Assembly: GCA_964542585.1 (NCBI GenBank)
Contig: CAZIUI010000011.1
Span: forward strand, 5,831 to 69,830
Origin: an uncultured Sphingobacteriales bacterium
GTDB lineage: Bacteria; Bacteroidota; Bacteroidia; CAILMK01; CAYYUA01
Length of the DNA stretch: 64,000 nt
Reading direction: 5' to 3'
The position numbers were made by a program, and so were the translations under genes. The stretch's first letter is position 1. Each line of letters begins with the position of its first letter. Below the pieces are notes generated by a model. It worked only from the letters and a program-made list of their open reading frames with translations, made no database searches and was not told where the DNA came from. Shown here piece by piece: positions 37,460 to 48,124 of the stretch.

Positions 37460-38800
37460 ATGACCCCCCAATCTACGAAAGTTGCATTCTTTACGCTTGG
37501 CTGTAAGCTTAACTTTTCGGAGACATCTGGTATTAGCCAGCAATTCAAAGAGCAAGGGTTTGAGGTGGTGGGTTTTGAGGAAGCAGCTGACATTTATGTG
37601 ATCAATACCTGTTCAGTTACCGAGCATGCTGATCGGAAGTGCAAAAAAGTAGTTCGGGATGCCCTAAAGCATAATAATCAAGCACGCATTGCTATTATTG
37701 GCTGCTATGCCCAGTTAAAACCTGAAGAAATAGCAGCAATACCAGGTGTAGATATGGTTTTGGGCGCTAAAGAAAAATTTAACCTCCTCCATCATCTCCA
37801 AAACCTCACGGAAACTGCCGAAACCCAGGTTTTTAAGAGCCCCATCAAAGAGGTCAAGCATTTCGAAAACGCCTATTCTCTTGGAGATCGCACGCGTTCA
37901 TTTTTAAAAGTGCAGGATGGCTGTAATTATTTCTGTTCTTTCTGCACCATCCCTCTGGCTCGGGGGAGAAGCCGTAGTGATTACATTGCTAACATTGTTC
38001 AATCTGCCCGCAAGATTGCCATGGAGGGCGTTAAAGAAATTGTGCTGACGGGCGTCAACATTGGGGATTTCAGGAATGATCGTGGGGAAACTTTTTATGA
38101 CCTGGTGCAAGCATTGGACGAGGTACCAGGCATTGATCGCTACCGTATATCTTCAATTGAGCCTAACCTTTTATCCAATGAAATAATTGACTTCGTAGCC
38201 CATTCTCAAAGGTTTGTTCCGCATTTTCATATGCCCCTCCAATCAGGTTCAGATTATTTACTAAGTAAAATGCGCAGGCGTTATAGAACCGACCTGTATG
38301 CGGAAAGGGTTCAACGCATTCGGGAGCAGCTACCGGAGGCTTCTGTAGGCGTGGATGTGATCGTAGGTTTTCCAGGGGAAACCGATGAAGAATTTGCTAA
38401 AACTTATCAGTTCCTGAAAAGCCTTCCGATCAGCTACCTACATGTTTTTACCTATTCTGAACGCGATAATACGCCAGCTATCAGGATGGAAGGTACTGTG
38501 CCGGAGCATAAACGGACAGAGCGCCGTAAGGAATTACAAAAGCTTTCCAAGCATAAGCAGGGGGCCTTTTACGAGCGATTTACCGGTAATACAGCTGAGG
38601 CGCTGTTTGAGCAAGCCAACAAACAAGGGATCATGCAGGGATACACTAAAAATTACCTTAGGGTATCCATCCCTTATGATGCTAATTTGATCAACAAAAG
38701 GCAGCAGGTAAAACTTAGTTATATCCAGGATGATGGGACGTTTGCAGCTGAATGTCTAAAAACCGACAAACTACCGGAAAAGCCTGTTTTAACAGATTAG
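37460..38800 (+). CDS. mtaB: tRNA methylthiotransferase MtaB (radical SAM + TRAM)
   Basis: N-terminal MTTase domain (VAFFTLGCKLNFSETS), radical SAM CNYFCSFC, C-terminal TRAM. Confidence 0.8.
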   Translation: MTPQSTKVAFFTLGCKLNFSETSGISQQFKEQGFEVVGFEEAADIYVINTCSVTEHADRKCKKVVRDALKHNNQARIAIIGCYAQLKPEEIAAIPGVDMVLGAKEKFNLLHHLQNLTETAETQVFKSPIKEVKHFENAYSLGDRTRSFLKVQDGCNYFCSFCTIPLARGRSRSDYIANIVQSARKIAMEGVKEIVLTGVNIGDFRNDRGETFYDLVQALDEVPGIDRYRISSIEPNLLSNEIIDFVAHSQRFVPHFHMPLQSGSDYLLSKMRRRYRTDLYAERVQRIREQLPEASVGVDVIVGFPGETDEEFAKTYQFLKSLPISYLHVFTYSERDNTPAIRMEGTVPEHKRTERRKELQKLSKHKQGAFYERFTGNTAEALFEQANKQGIMQGYTKNYLRVSIPYDANLINKRQQVKLSYIQDDGTFAAECLKTDKLPEKPVLTD

Positions 38801-38900
38801 TTGGCATGATTTTCAATTCTAAAAGATTTGATATCCAAATTTTTTTAACCAATAAAGCATTGTACAGTTAAAACTCTATCTAACCTAAATTAATCCTTTT

Positions 38901-41861
38901 ATGCCTTATAAAATTATAACAAAGGTTACCCTTGGCCTTGCTCTTCTTGGATGTTGTGGTCTTTCAGTAAATGCTCAGAATGTCCAGATTCGAGATCCTG
39001 AGGTTGACTTAAAGCAAGAAGGCTTGAATAAAGTAGACCCAGCCGAACAGCAAAAACTTGCTAATCAGGCATTTTGGCAAAATTTTAAATCTGCTCATCC
39101 TACTTGGCAGGCATGGTTTAATGAAAAAACAAAACTTCCCCATAAGGCCTATGGAAAGCCCATTGATGTACAAGGGAATACGCTTAAAACTAAAGCTAAC
39201 AAAGTACTTGAAGGTGTCTTAGACGCTTTTCCTATTGAACCTGAGCAATTGAAGTTTGATAATACCCGGAGCTCACCCAATGCGGGGTTTGTTACTTTTA
39301 AGCAAACCTTTAACAAAAAGAAAGTATTAACCAGCAAGGTTAAATTAAGGTTTACCAAAAAAGGAGCCCTGACCCAATTTTCGCTTGACTACTACCCGGC
39401 TATTAGTGATTTGCCTAAGCCAAAACTGACCCCTAAAGCACTGCTTAGTGCTGCAAAAAAAGGCATTGATGGAAATGTAAAAGAGGCCAAGATTAATGGA
39501 GGCCTTCAAATCCTCCCTAACAAGGGTGATTATTATTTAGTAAGAGAAGTGACCATCAGAGGGGAAAAGCCAAGTCAAAACGAGCCTTTTGACTACCGTA
39601 CGCTAGTAGATGCTAAAAGTGGAGATATCCTCTACCGCAAAAATCGCGTTGTTGAGGCTAATTTTAATGACCTACCCTTAAAAGGAACTGTAGTAGATGA
39701 ATACCCCGGAAATGGCCAAAAGGCTGTAAACCTTCGGCATCTCTCCGTTGAAGCAAATGGCCAAACTTTTTTTACTGATAGTACTGGGGAACTATCTATT
39801 AACTTGCCTGATAGCACGCAAGCTAATATTACGCTTGAAGGAAAATTTGCCAGTGTCCAAGATCGTGGAGAGCAATCTCCTGCCTTTCAAAGAGTTTTGG
39901 ATACCAGCAGAAGCGTTCAAAAGATATCGTTTGACAGTGCAGCTCGTCTCGATCAAATTTCCGCCTACCATAATACCAATACCATTCATGATTACATGAA
40001 AGGATTAATGCCGAATTTTACAGGCCTTGACAATCCCATTGAGGTAAATACAGGCCTTGAGCAAGGGCAGGGTTGTAATGCGGTGTACAATCCCAGAGAG
40101 AATTCCATTAATTTTTTTGAAGACAACGACCAATGCCCAAGTTTTGCCAAAGTGGCGGATGTAGTTTACCACGAATATGGTCACGCTATCAACAGTGTTT
40201 TCTATGAAGAAAATGGATCGACTTTCAGAAACGGAGCGTTAGGGGAAGGTTACGCTGATGTTTGGGGTATGCTGCCCCCGGATGATCCGGTAATTGGAAA
40301 AGGAATTACCAATGGTCCGGGAAACAGGGTAATTCGCCGGTATGATAGGAATCCTAAGGTTTATCCCCAGGATATAACCGGCGAAGTTCACGATGATGGG
40401 GAAATCATAGCAGGCGCTTTCTGGGATATGAAGAAAAACCTGGATTCGCTGGATCAAATGGCCCAGCTCTTTGCGGCTACTTATCAAGCCCTGCCGAATG
40501 CCATGGAAGGGAATGAAGGACAGCTTTACAGGGATATTTTATTAGAGGTCTTAACGGCTAATGATGATGATAACGATTTGTCAAATGGCACCCCGGACCA
40601 GGACGCAATTACCTCAGCTTTTGCTAGGCACGGTATTACCCTTCTTGCCGGTATTGAACTGGATCATACGCCCCAAAAGTTGCGGAAACCAAACACAACT
40701 TCCGATTTTACGGCTTCTATTGATGGTCAGTTGCTTACGCCTATTGGCGGTATTCGACTTAAGTACAAGTTGAATGATGATCAACAATGGCAAACCAATG
40801 ATTTGCAAAAACAAGGTAGTCAGTCCGTTTATAAGGCCTCTATTTCCGGGGCTGATACCGGCGATGTGATGACCTATTATTTTCAATTACTTGATCAACA
40901 GGGAAATGTATCAGCAACGCTCCCGGAAGGTGCAAACGAAAATACCATTGAAAATTTGCCCTATTACACCTTATACGGCTTTGATGTGATTACCCATGAT
41001 TCCCTCAATAGTAGTCAAGGCTGGTCCATTAGTGGCGATGCCCGGTCAGGCATGTGGACTTTTGCAGAGCCGGTGCCTTCTTTCATAGACGGTGAGCCTG
41101 AAACGCCGGAGAACAGGGTGCAGCCAGCCTCCGATCACACTGGTGGCCCTGTAAACAAATGTGCTGTAACGGAGAATGCCCCCAGCCGGAATGTTCAACA
41201 GGGTTTTGCTGATATAGATAATGGAGAGACGATTTTAATTTCATCGTATTACAATGTCGATACCCTTCAATCCCCGGTTATTGGTTTTCACCGGTGGTTT
41301 AGTAATGCTACTGGTACGAATCCAAAGAACGACCCATTTGAGGTATACATTCAAAGCCGTCAGGGAAGTACCTGGACGGAGGTCAGTAATACTTTTCAAC
41401 CCGATAGGGAATGGCGTATGCGCTTAATTGATGTCAATTCAAGGTTAAACCAACAAGTTGAGGCTGTTAGGTTGCGATTTATTGCTTCCGATCGTGTTGA
41501 TAATTCAGAGCAGCAGGCAGGTCAGAGTATTACGGAAGCTGCTGTGGATGATGTGGTCGTTTATGAGCGTCTGAGAAAAGGCTTCCGCCCAGTGGGCCAG
41601 TCTGACCTTTCTACTAGAGGGGCTTCAATGACCGTATTCCCCAACCCTACGAATGGTATTGTTAAGATTAACCGGCCGGAACAGAAAACAGCGGTTAAGG
41701 CTCAGGTGATCAATGCGCATGGACAAGTTATGGAAAGAATGCCATTAGGAGGGGGTACGACCATTGTTGACTTTTCCGCAATAGCACCAAGTAAAGGAGT
41801 TTACATCCTTAAATGGCGGGAACAAGGTCAAGTACACCATCAGCGGATCCTGTACCGTTAA
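38901..41861 (+). CDS. Secreted zinc metalloprotease (HExxH) with T9SS type-A C-terminal domain
   Basis: Signal peptide; VYHEYGHAINSV (HExxH) and downstream EGYADVWG; C-terminal MTVFPNPTNGIVKI...GVYILKW matches Por secretion CTD. Confidence 0.65.
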   Translation: MPYKIITKVTLGLALLGCCGLSVNAQNVQIRDPEVDLKQEGLNKVDPAEQQKLANQAFWQNFKSAHPTWQAWFNEKTKLPHKAYGKPIDVQGNTLKTKANKVLEGVLDAFPIEPEQLKFDNTRSSPNAGFVTFKQTFNKKKVLTSKVKLRFTKKGALTQFSLDYYPAISDLPKPKLTPKALLSAAKKGIDGNVKEAKINGGLQILPNKGDYYLVREVTIRGEKPSQNEPFDYRTLVDAKSGDILYRKNRVVEANFNDLPLKGTVVDEYPGNGQKAVNLRHLSVEANGQTFFTDSTGELSINLPDSTQANITLEGKFASVQDRGEQSPAFQRVLDTSRSVQKISFDSAARLDQISAYHNTNTIHDYMKGLMPNFTGLDNPIEVNTGLEQGQGCNAVYNPRENSINFFEDNDQCPSFAKVADVVYHEYGHAINSVFYEENGSTFRNGALGEGYADVWGMLPPDDPVIGKGITNGPGNRVIRRYDRNPKVYPQDITGEVHDDGEIIAGAFWDMKKNLDSLDQMAQLFAATYQALPNAMEGNEGQLYRDILLEVLTANDDDNDLSNGTPDQDAITSAFARHGITLLAGIELDHTPQKLRKPNTTSDFTASIDGQLLTPIGGIRLKYKLNDDQQWQTNDLQKQGSQSVYKASISGADTGDVMTYYFQLLDQQGNVSATLPEGANENTIENLPYYTLYGFDVITHDSLNSSQGWSISGDARSGMWTFAEPVPSFIDGEPETPENRVQPASDHTGGPVNKCAVTENAPSRNVQQGFADIDNGETILISSYYNVDTLQSPVIGFHRWFSNATGTNPKNDPFEVYIQSRQGSTWTEVSNTFQPDREWRMRLIDVNSRLNQQVEAVRLRFIASDRVDNSEQQAGQSITEAAVDDVVVYERLRKGFRPVGQSDLSTRGASMTVFPNPTNGIVKINRPEQKTAVKAQVINAHGQVMERMPLGGGTTIVDFSAIAPSKGVYILKWREQGQVHHQRILYR

Positions 41862-41891
41862 AGTAAGCCACAAGTATGATAGCTTAAGGCA

Positions 41892-42560
41892 ATGCCTATA
41901 CGCCAGCACTGGCTTATTACAAAAGCACTGGTCCGGAAAGAACTCCTGATGGAATGGAGGCAAAAGTACGCCCTTAGTGGCGTACTTTTGTATGTCGTAA
42001 CCACCGTCTTCCTCCTCTATTTCCTTTTTGACACCGTGGGACCTGAGAGCTGGGCAGCCCTTTTCTGGGTAACCGTTCTTTTTGCTTCCATTAACGCAGT
42101 GGCTAAAAGTTTCATGCAGGAAAGTTATGGTCGGATGCTGTATTTTTACAGCGTAGCAGCGCCTTTTCACTTCCTTTTAGCCAAAATGGTATATAACCTC
42201 CTTTTGCTTTTAGCCATCAGTTTTCTTACCCTTTTAAGTTTTTGCCTATTGCTGGGTACGCCTATTGAACAGCTGTTTGATTGGGGCGTTATTGCAGGTA
42301 CGGGGAGCATAGGCTTTAGCTTAACGTTTACTACCATTTCGGCTATTGCCGCTAAGGCTGAAAACAATGCAACGCTCATGGCTATTTTGGGTTTTCCTGT
42401 TGTGTTACCTCAATTAGCTTTACTAACAGACCTCTCAAGAACCCTAATACTTACAGGGCGTTTGGGATCCGCTGATGATACCCTTTTAGCTATTGGCGCT
42501 GTTGATCTGATCATTGTCATTGTCTCCTTTTTGCTGTTCCCGTACCTTTGGCGCGAATAA
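41892..42560 (+). CDS. ccmB: Heme exporter protein B
   Basis: ~220 aa, 6 predicted TM helices, immediately upstream of ccmC in a ccm cluster. Confidence 0.55.
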   Translation: MPIRQHWLITKALVRKELLMEWRQKYALSGVLLYVVTTVFLLYFLFDTVGPESWAALFWVTVLFASINAVAKSFMQESYGRMLYFYSVAAPFHFLLAKMVYNLLLLLAISFLTLLSFCLLLGTPIEQLFDWGVIAGTGSIGFSLTFTTISAIAAKAENNATLMAILGFPVVLPQLALLTDLSRTLILTGRLGSADDTLLAIGAVDLIIVIVSFLLFPYLWRE

Positions 42561-42576
42561 TAGACGGCGGTGGATT

Positions 42577-43260
42577 ATGGATTTTAGAAGACACTGGTGG
42601 AAAGCTTTGGGAGTGATACTTTTAATCTACACCTTGATTATGGGGTTTCTAGGAAAAGTGCCGGCCATGGGTGTTTTAAAAGAAAGTATTCGCAACTTTT
42701 ATTTTCATGTTCCCATGTGGTTTGGAATGATCATCCTTTTTGCAGTAGGAGTGGTTTACAGTTTAAAGTACCTTCACAGCCAACGATTGGGTGATGATAG
42801 AATTGCAGTAGAGTTTGTGAATGCCGGCATTTTATTTGGGCTTATGGGTATGGTAACCGGTGCCCTTTGGGCAAAATTTACCTGGGGTGAATGGTGGAGT
42901 AACGATCCTAAGCAGAATGGTTCCGCTATAGCACTTTTGCTGTATTTTGCCTACTTAATCCTGCGCAATGCTATTCAAGAGCCACAAACCCGCGCTAGGA
43001 TATCGGGTGTTTTTAACATCTTTGCTTTTTCTGCAATGATCCCGTTGATTTTTATTTTACCCAGGCTAACTGATTCACTGCACCCTGGAAGTGGTGGAAA
43101 TCCCGGATTTAACGCCTATGACCTGAATTACAATATGCGTTTTGTCTTCTACCCGGCTGTTATAGGTTGGACGTTACTTGGCGTATGGTTGGCCACGCTC
43201 TGTATCCGTTTAAAACAAGTGGAACGGAAAATCCAAGGTTTGGATGAATTTGAAGGTTAA
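42577..43260 (+). CDS. ccmC: Heme exporter protein C
   Basis: Trp-rich WWD-type motif (WAKFTWGEWWSNDPKQNGSAIALLLY); start set at MDFRRHWW to avoid overlap with ccmB. Confidence 0.75.
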   Translation: MDFRRHWWKALGVILLIYTLIMGFLGKVPAMGVLKESIRNFYFHVPMWFGMIILFAVGVVYSLKYLHSQRLGDDRIAVEFVNAGILFGLMGMVTGALWAKFTWGEWWSNDPKQNGSAIALLLYFAYLILRNAIQEPQTRARISGVFNIFAFSAMIPLIFILPRLTDSLHPGSGGNPGFNAYDLNYNMRFVFYPAVIGWTLLGVWLATLCIRLKQVERKIQGLDEFEG

Positions 43261-43300
43261 ACGGTATGACGATCTTAAAGAATTCGACCGCTAAAATGCC

Positions 43301-43558
43301 ATGCTATTGAGCGCTCTAAGCTTTTATTCAACTTTGAAAAAACTTACTGCTATAACCCTGTGTTGTTTATTTACAAATATGGCATATGCACAGGAGCGGG
43401 GCATGGCTGAAACCCTCAGAGATTCTGGTAAAATTTATGTTGTTGTAGGTGTGGTCCTGTTAATATTTGTTGGGGTGTTAATTTACTTGATACGAATGGA
43501 TAGAAAAATCAGCAAGCTAGAAGCTTTGAATCGAGCAGATAAAACCGAAAACCAATGA
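43301..43558 (+). CDS. ccmD: Small single-TM protein, CcmD-like
   Basis: Position between ccmC and ccmE; TM segment IYVVVGVVLLIFVGVLIYLI followed by basic residues. Start may be an internal Met (43379). Confidence 0.4.
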   Translation: MLLSALSFYSTLKKLTAITLCCLFTNMAYAQERGMAETLRDSGKIYVVVGVVLLIFVGVLIYLIRMDRKISKLEALNRADKTENQ

Positions 43559-43968
43559 AGAAAACAAACCTCATAGCCCTTGTCTTATTAGCTGTTTCAA
43601 TGGGAATTATCATTGTGGCTTTAGGTGATAGTAGTCAATACGTTAGCTTTGATAAAGCGGCAGATTATCCCAATGAGCAGTATCATGTAGTGGGTAAGTT
43701 AATGGAAGAAAAGCCGATGATCTACGAGCCAAGGGAAAATCCTAATAAGTTTACTTTTCATTTAAAAGACGAAAAGGGCAATGTTAGAAAGGTTATTTAC
43801 AACGATGCCAAGCCAAGAGACATTACTAAAACCGACCGTATTGTCCTTGTAGGGGAGATGAAGAGTCAAGAAACTTTCCACGCAGATCGCATTCTCATGA
43901 AGTGCCCTTCCAAGTATAAGCAAGACCGTATCAAGGGCAAGAAGAAGGAGATGGCTAAAGCGGACTAA
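43555..43968 (+). CDS. ccmE: Cytochrome c-type biogenesis heme chaperone CcmE
   Basis: N-terminal TM anchor + OB-fold-sized soluble domain (FHLKDEKGNVRKVIYNDAKP...IVLVGEM), position in ccm cluster, 4-bp overlap with upstream ORF. Confidence 0.6.
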   Translation: MKKTNLIALVLLAVSMGIIIVALGDSSQYVSFDKAADYPNEQYHVVGKLMEEKPMIYEPRENPNKFTFHLKDEKGNVRKVIYNDAKPRDITKTDRIVLVGEMKSQETFHADRILMKCPSKYKQDRIKGKKKEMAKAD

Positions 43969-43971
43969 CTA

Positions 43972-46395
43972 ATGAAGTATCAAGGCGAAGCGTTATTTCC
44001 AGGTAACCTGGGTTACTTTTTGGTCACCCTTATGTTCACGGCTGGATTGATTTCCTTAATAGCCTATTACATGGCTGCGAGGAATAATAAGGGTAGCTTA
44101 TCATGGAAAAGTATAGGCAGGTTTTCTTTTGGTATTCATGGATTGGCTGTTATAGGAGTGATGGTCACCATGTTTTATCTTATTTATAACCACATGTTTG
44201 AGTACCAGTATGTATGGTCGCACTCCTCCAAAACCCTTCCCACCAAATACATGATCTCCTGCTTTTGGGAGGGGCAGGAAGGTAGCTTCTTACTTTGGTC
44301 TTTTTGGCATATTGTGCTCGGGACTATACTTATGGGGGTGGCTCGTAAGTGGGAATCATCGGTAATGACGGTGGTATTGCTTGCCCAGGTTATCCTGGCC
44401 TCGATGCTATTGGGGCTTAAGTTTGGGGACGTCACCATTGGTAGTAATCCCTTTGTCTTATTAAGAAATGCCAAAGAAAGTGCCCCGATCTTTCAAAATG
44501 CCAATTATCTACAGATGATCACGGATGGTCAAGGGCTGAATCCGTTGTTGCAAAACTACTGGATGGTCATACATCCGCCTGTGTTGTTTTTAGGTTTTGC
44601 ATCTACCATCGTTCCTTTTGCGTATGCGATAGCCGGGCTTTGGAAACGAGACCTTAAAAACTGGGTAGGCGAAGCGTTACCATGGACGCATTTTTCCCTG
44701 TTAATTCTAGGAGCTGGCGTTCTTATGGGCGGTGCCTGGGCGTATGAAGCTTTGAACTTTGGAGGATTTTGGGCCTGGGACCCTGTTGAAAATGCAGCAC
44801 TGGTGCCTTGGTTATTGATTGTGGCTGGTTTACACTGTATGGTGATCTATAGGAGTCGTGGTAAAGCCCTCTTTTCAGCTTTCCTCTTCATTATCCTGGG
44901 GTTTCTTTTAGTCTTATATGCCACCTACTTAACCCGCAGTGGCGTGCTGGGCGATTCCTCGGTTCACTCTTTCACGGGTGCAGGGCTTTCATGGCAGTTA
45001 CTAGGGTTTATTTTTACCTTTTTAATTCTATCAGCGGTATTGATGACAAGGCGTTGGGGCTTGATCCCCGGTAGTAAGCAGGAAGATCAATTGCTATCAC
45101 GAGAATTTTGGATGTACATTGGTAGCTTGGTCCTGACCCTTTCAGCTTTCCACGTAATTTTTGTCACTTCTTTTCCGGTGATCAGTAATATACCTGGTTT
45201 GGACCTGGCACCACCAGCCAATAAAATTGAACACTACAACAAATTCCAACTACCGTTTGCGGTTATTATTACTTTTTTAACAGGGTTTGGACAATTCCTT
45301 CGTTACCGCGAATCGAAAGGGTGGCCATTTCTTAAGCAATTGGTTGGTTTGTTAATCGCTAGTGCCTTAGTCACCTATGGCTTGAAATGGTTGACTGGCA
45401 TGGAAAACCTCATTTTCCTCACACTCCTTTATGCATCAGTTTTTGGGGTAGTTGGAAATATCGCTTTTATGGGGCCGTTTTTAAAGCAAGGACGATTCCG
45501 GTTTACATCTTCATCTGTAAGCCACATAGGCTTTGCCCTTATCATTATCGGTGCTTTGGTCTCTACTTCTCAGCAGAAGGTGATATCACTTAACCGGCAG
45601 GGGGTGGATTATGGCAAAAATTTCGATGAGAAAGCTGAGCGTCAAAATAAGTTGCTCAGGAAGTTTGAGCCGAAGATCATGGACAACTACCTCCTTACTT
45701 ACATAGGGGATTCCACCAAAAAACCAAACACCTATTACAAGGTACGCTACCACCGGTTACAGTCCAAAACACTCGATACGCTTGGGTCTTTTACGCTTAA
45801 ACCCAGGGCTCAGATAAATGACAATATGGGACTAATTGCAAGCCCTGATACTCGTCATTACCTTACGCGTGATATATACACACACGTTAAGTCGGTTCCG
45901 GATAAGACCCGTGGTGATTTTGATCCCCAGTACGATTCTTTCAAAACGTACAAAGTAAAAAGGGGCGAAACATTCCGGCACAAGGACCTGACTATTCGAG
46001 TGCTAGGTATTGATCCTGATGTCCCTGAAGCGGAAGTTCCCTTTTCGCAGTACCGGATAGCTAGTAAGCTGAAACTAAGCGTTTCCAATGATTTTATTAC
46101 CAAGACCGTTTCTCCTCTTATGGTCCTAAAACGGGATAAAATATATTCGCCGGGAACTGAAATTGAGCAATTGGAAGGAAAAGTCAGGTTTACCCGTATT
46201 ATTCCTGAAGAGGAAGCTTTTAAGGTAGCGGTAGCTAAGGGTGAGCAAAAAGTAAAGGACTACATCATCATGAAGGCCATCATGTTTCCCTATATCAACC
46301 TCTTGTGGCTGGGATGTGTAGTAATGACAGTGGGTTTTGGGATAGCCGTTTACCGCCGGAAGCTTGAAAGAAAAGCTGCTAAAAAATCAGCCTAA
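43972..46395 (+). CDS. ccmF: Cytochrome c-type biogenesis protein CcmF
   Basis: 807 aa polytopic protein with CcmF WWD region (WEGQEGSFLLWSFW) and conserved His-containing loops. Confidence 0.8.
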   Translation: MKYQGEALFPGNLGYFLVTLMFTAGLISLIAYYMAARNNKGSLSWKSIGRFSFGIHGLAVIGVMVTMFYLIYNHMFEYQYVWSHSSKTLPTKYMISCFWEGQEGSFLLWSFWHIVLGTILMGVARKWESSVMTVVLLAQVILASMLLGLKFGDVTIGSNPFVLLRNAKESAPIFQNANYLQMITDGQGLNPLLQNYWMVIHPPVLFLGFASTIVPFAYAIAGLWKRDLKNWVGEALPWTHFSLLILGAGVLMGGAWAYEALNFGGFWAWDPVENAALVPWLLIVAGLHCMVIYRSRGKALFSAFLFIILGFLLVLYATYLTRSGVLGDSSVHSFTGAGLSWQLLGFIFTFLILSAVLMTRRWGLIPGSKQEDQLLSREFWMYIGSLVLTLSAFHVIFVTSFPVISNIPGLDLAPPANKIEHYNKFQLPFAVIITFLTGFGQFLRYRESKGWPFLKQLVGLLIASALVTYGLKWLTGMENLIFLTLLYASVFGVVGNIAFMGPFLKQGRFRFTSSSVSHIGFALIIIGALVSTSQQKVISLNRQGVDYGKNFDEKAERQNKLLRKFEPKIMDNYLLTYIGDSTKKPNTYYKVRYHRLQSKTLDTLGSFTLKPRAQINDNMGLIASPDTRHYLTRDIYTHVKSVPDKTRGDFDPQYDSFKTYKVKRGETFRHKDLTIRVLGIDPDVPEAEVPFSQYRIASKLKLSVSNDFITKTVSPLMVLKRDKIYSPGTEIEQLEGKVRFTRIIPEEEAFKVAVAKGEQKVKDYIIMKAIMFPYINLLWLGCVVMTVGFGIAVYRRKLERKAAKKSA

Positions 46396-46449
46396 AAAAC
46401 TTTCTGGTTTAAAGCTTACACGAGGAGGAAGCTTGTTTAACTTGGCATC

Positions 46450-48096
46450 TTACGATAAATATTTTGCTACAATCGGCAGTCGTCTGCCCATGCCAAAGGC
46501 CTTATCGGAAACCCTAAGAATGGGAGGCGATTGGTAGCGTTTGTACTCGCTTTGGTTCACCATCTTTAAAGCAGACCTCACTGTTTGCTCCGGGTGCCCT
46601 AATTGGATGATTTCTTCTGGCCCCTTGCGGTTCTCAATGTATTCATACAAAATAGGGTCTAAGTCCTCGTAAGGAGGTAGCATATCAGTGTCTTTCTGAT
46701 CATGGCGCAGTTCTGCAGAAGGTGCTTTGGTAATCATGTTCTCTGGTATCGTTGGTCCAAGTTGATCATTAATGTAACGCGAAAGGGCAAAAGCCTCGGT
46801 TTTGTAAACATCCCCTATCAGCGAAAGGCCTCCACACATATCCCCGTATAGGGTGCTGTATCCCACGGCCATTTCGCTTTTATTGGAAGTGTTCAGCAGA
46901 ATGTGGCCAAATTTATTGGATATTGCCATAAGGCAAACGGCCCTGCTACGCGCTTGAAGGTTTTCTTCTGCAATACCTGGCTTGGTCCCTGCGAAGTGGG
47001 GCGCAAGGGTTGATTGATACTGATTGAATAGTTCCTCTATATGAATGGTTTTAAGGGGGCTACCCAGATTTTCGGCCAGGGTGGTGGCATCTTCAATGGA
47101 AGCATCCGAGGTATAGGGGGAAGGCATCAGGACCCCTAAAACATTATCAGGGCCAAGGGCCTGAGCTGCTAAGGCCATTGTTAGACCGGAATCTATACCT
47201 CCTGAAAGACCGATGATAGCTTTTTCAAAGCCTAGCTTTCGGAAATAATCAATGGTGCCAAGCTTGATTGCCTGAAACAGCCGGTCAAAGCGGCCAGGCG
47301 CGCTATCAGTAATTGATACCGGCTCACGCTTTGAATCCTGTTCGGGTACTTGGTAAGTCGTTACCTCCTCTTCAAAATAAGGTAGTTGGTGTATGATCTG
47401 ACCACTACCGCCCATGATACAGGAACCACCGTCAAAGATTAATTCGGTTTGAGCGCCAATATGGTTGACGTAAACAATAGGTAAACTATGGGCTTTGGCG
47501 TGGGCTCGAAGAACCGCCTTACGGCTTTCATCATGGGTTTGTGAGAAAGGCGAAGCCGCAATATTGATGACCAGGTCAGGTTGTTGCTTGGCAAGCTTCG
47601 CCATAGGGTCATTGATGTACAAGGGGTTATCGCCAACACTCCAGAGGTCCTCACAGATAGTGATGGCTATTCGCCAACCATTAATGTTGACAATAGACGG
47701 ATTGAGACCAGGCTGGAAATACCGGTTTTCATCAAAGATATCGTAAGTAGGAAGGAGGTTTTTATAAGTCAAGTGTTGAATCTGACCATCGTACATCGTG
47801 TAAGCAGCGTTGTACAAGGGTTTCCCTTTTTCGTTGGGGTTTTGGGAAGGGCCGCCAACAATTGCTGTAATCCCCTCACAAGCTTCAGCTATGGTTTTCA
47901 TGCAATGCTCACATAACACCACAAAATGGTCAAATTCCAGGAAATCGCGTGGAGGATAGCCACTTATGGCTAATTCCGGGAAAACCGCAAGCTCGCTACC
48001 TGCTGCTTTGGCTTCCTTTATAGCCTTTACAATCTTGTTGGTATTACTGCTGAAGTACCCGGTGTGAAAATTAAGCTGTGCTAAACTGACCTTCAT
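46450..48096 (-). CDS. nadE: Glutamine-dependent NAD+ synthetase
   Basis: N-terminal CN-hydrolase domain (FPELAISGYPPRD) and C-terminal NAD synthetase PP-loop (GLSGGIDSGLTMALAAQALG). Confidence 0.85.
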   Translation of the reverse strand: MKVSLAQLNFHTGYFSSNTNKIVKAIKEAKAAGSELAVFPELAISGYPPRDFLEFDHFVVLCEHCMKTIAEACEGITAIVGGPSQNPNEKGKPLYNAAYTMYDGQIQHLTYKNLLPTYDIFDENRYFQPGLNPSIVNINGWRIAITICEDLWSVGDNPLYINDPMAKLAKQQPDLVINIAASPFSQTHDESRKAVLRAHAKAHSLPIVYVNHIGAQTELIFDGGSCIMGGSGQIIHQLPYFEEEVTTYQVPEQDSKREPVSITDSAPGRFDRLFQAIKLGTIDYFRKLGFEKAIIGLSGGIDSGLTMALAAQALGPDNVLGVLMPSPYTSDASIEDATTLAENLGSPLKTIHIEELFNQYQSTLAPHFAGTKPGIAEENLQARSRAVCLMAISNKFGHILLNTSNKSEMAVGYSTLYGDMCGGLSLIGDVYKTEAFALSRYINDQLGPTIPENMITKAPSAELRHDQKDTDMLPPYEDLDPILYEYIENRKGPEEIIQLGHPEQTVRSALKMVNQSEYKRYQSPPILRVSDKAFGMGRRLPIVAKYLS

Positions 48097-48124
48097 ATTA
48101 CCACTCCCCATCTTGAACGCTCCT

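Noticed and set aside
46396-46449. AAGCTT...AAGCTT inverted repeat between ccmF and nadE as a possible terminator
   Set aside because: Only a 6-bp palindromic stem with 13-nt loop and no flanking T-run; too weak to call.
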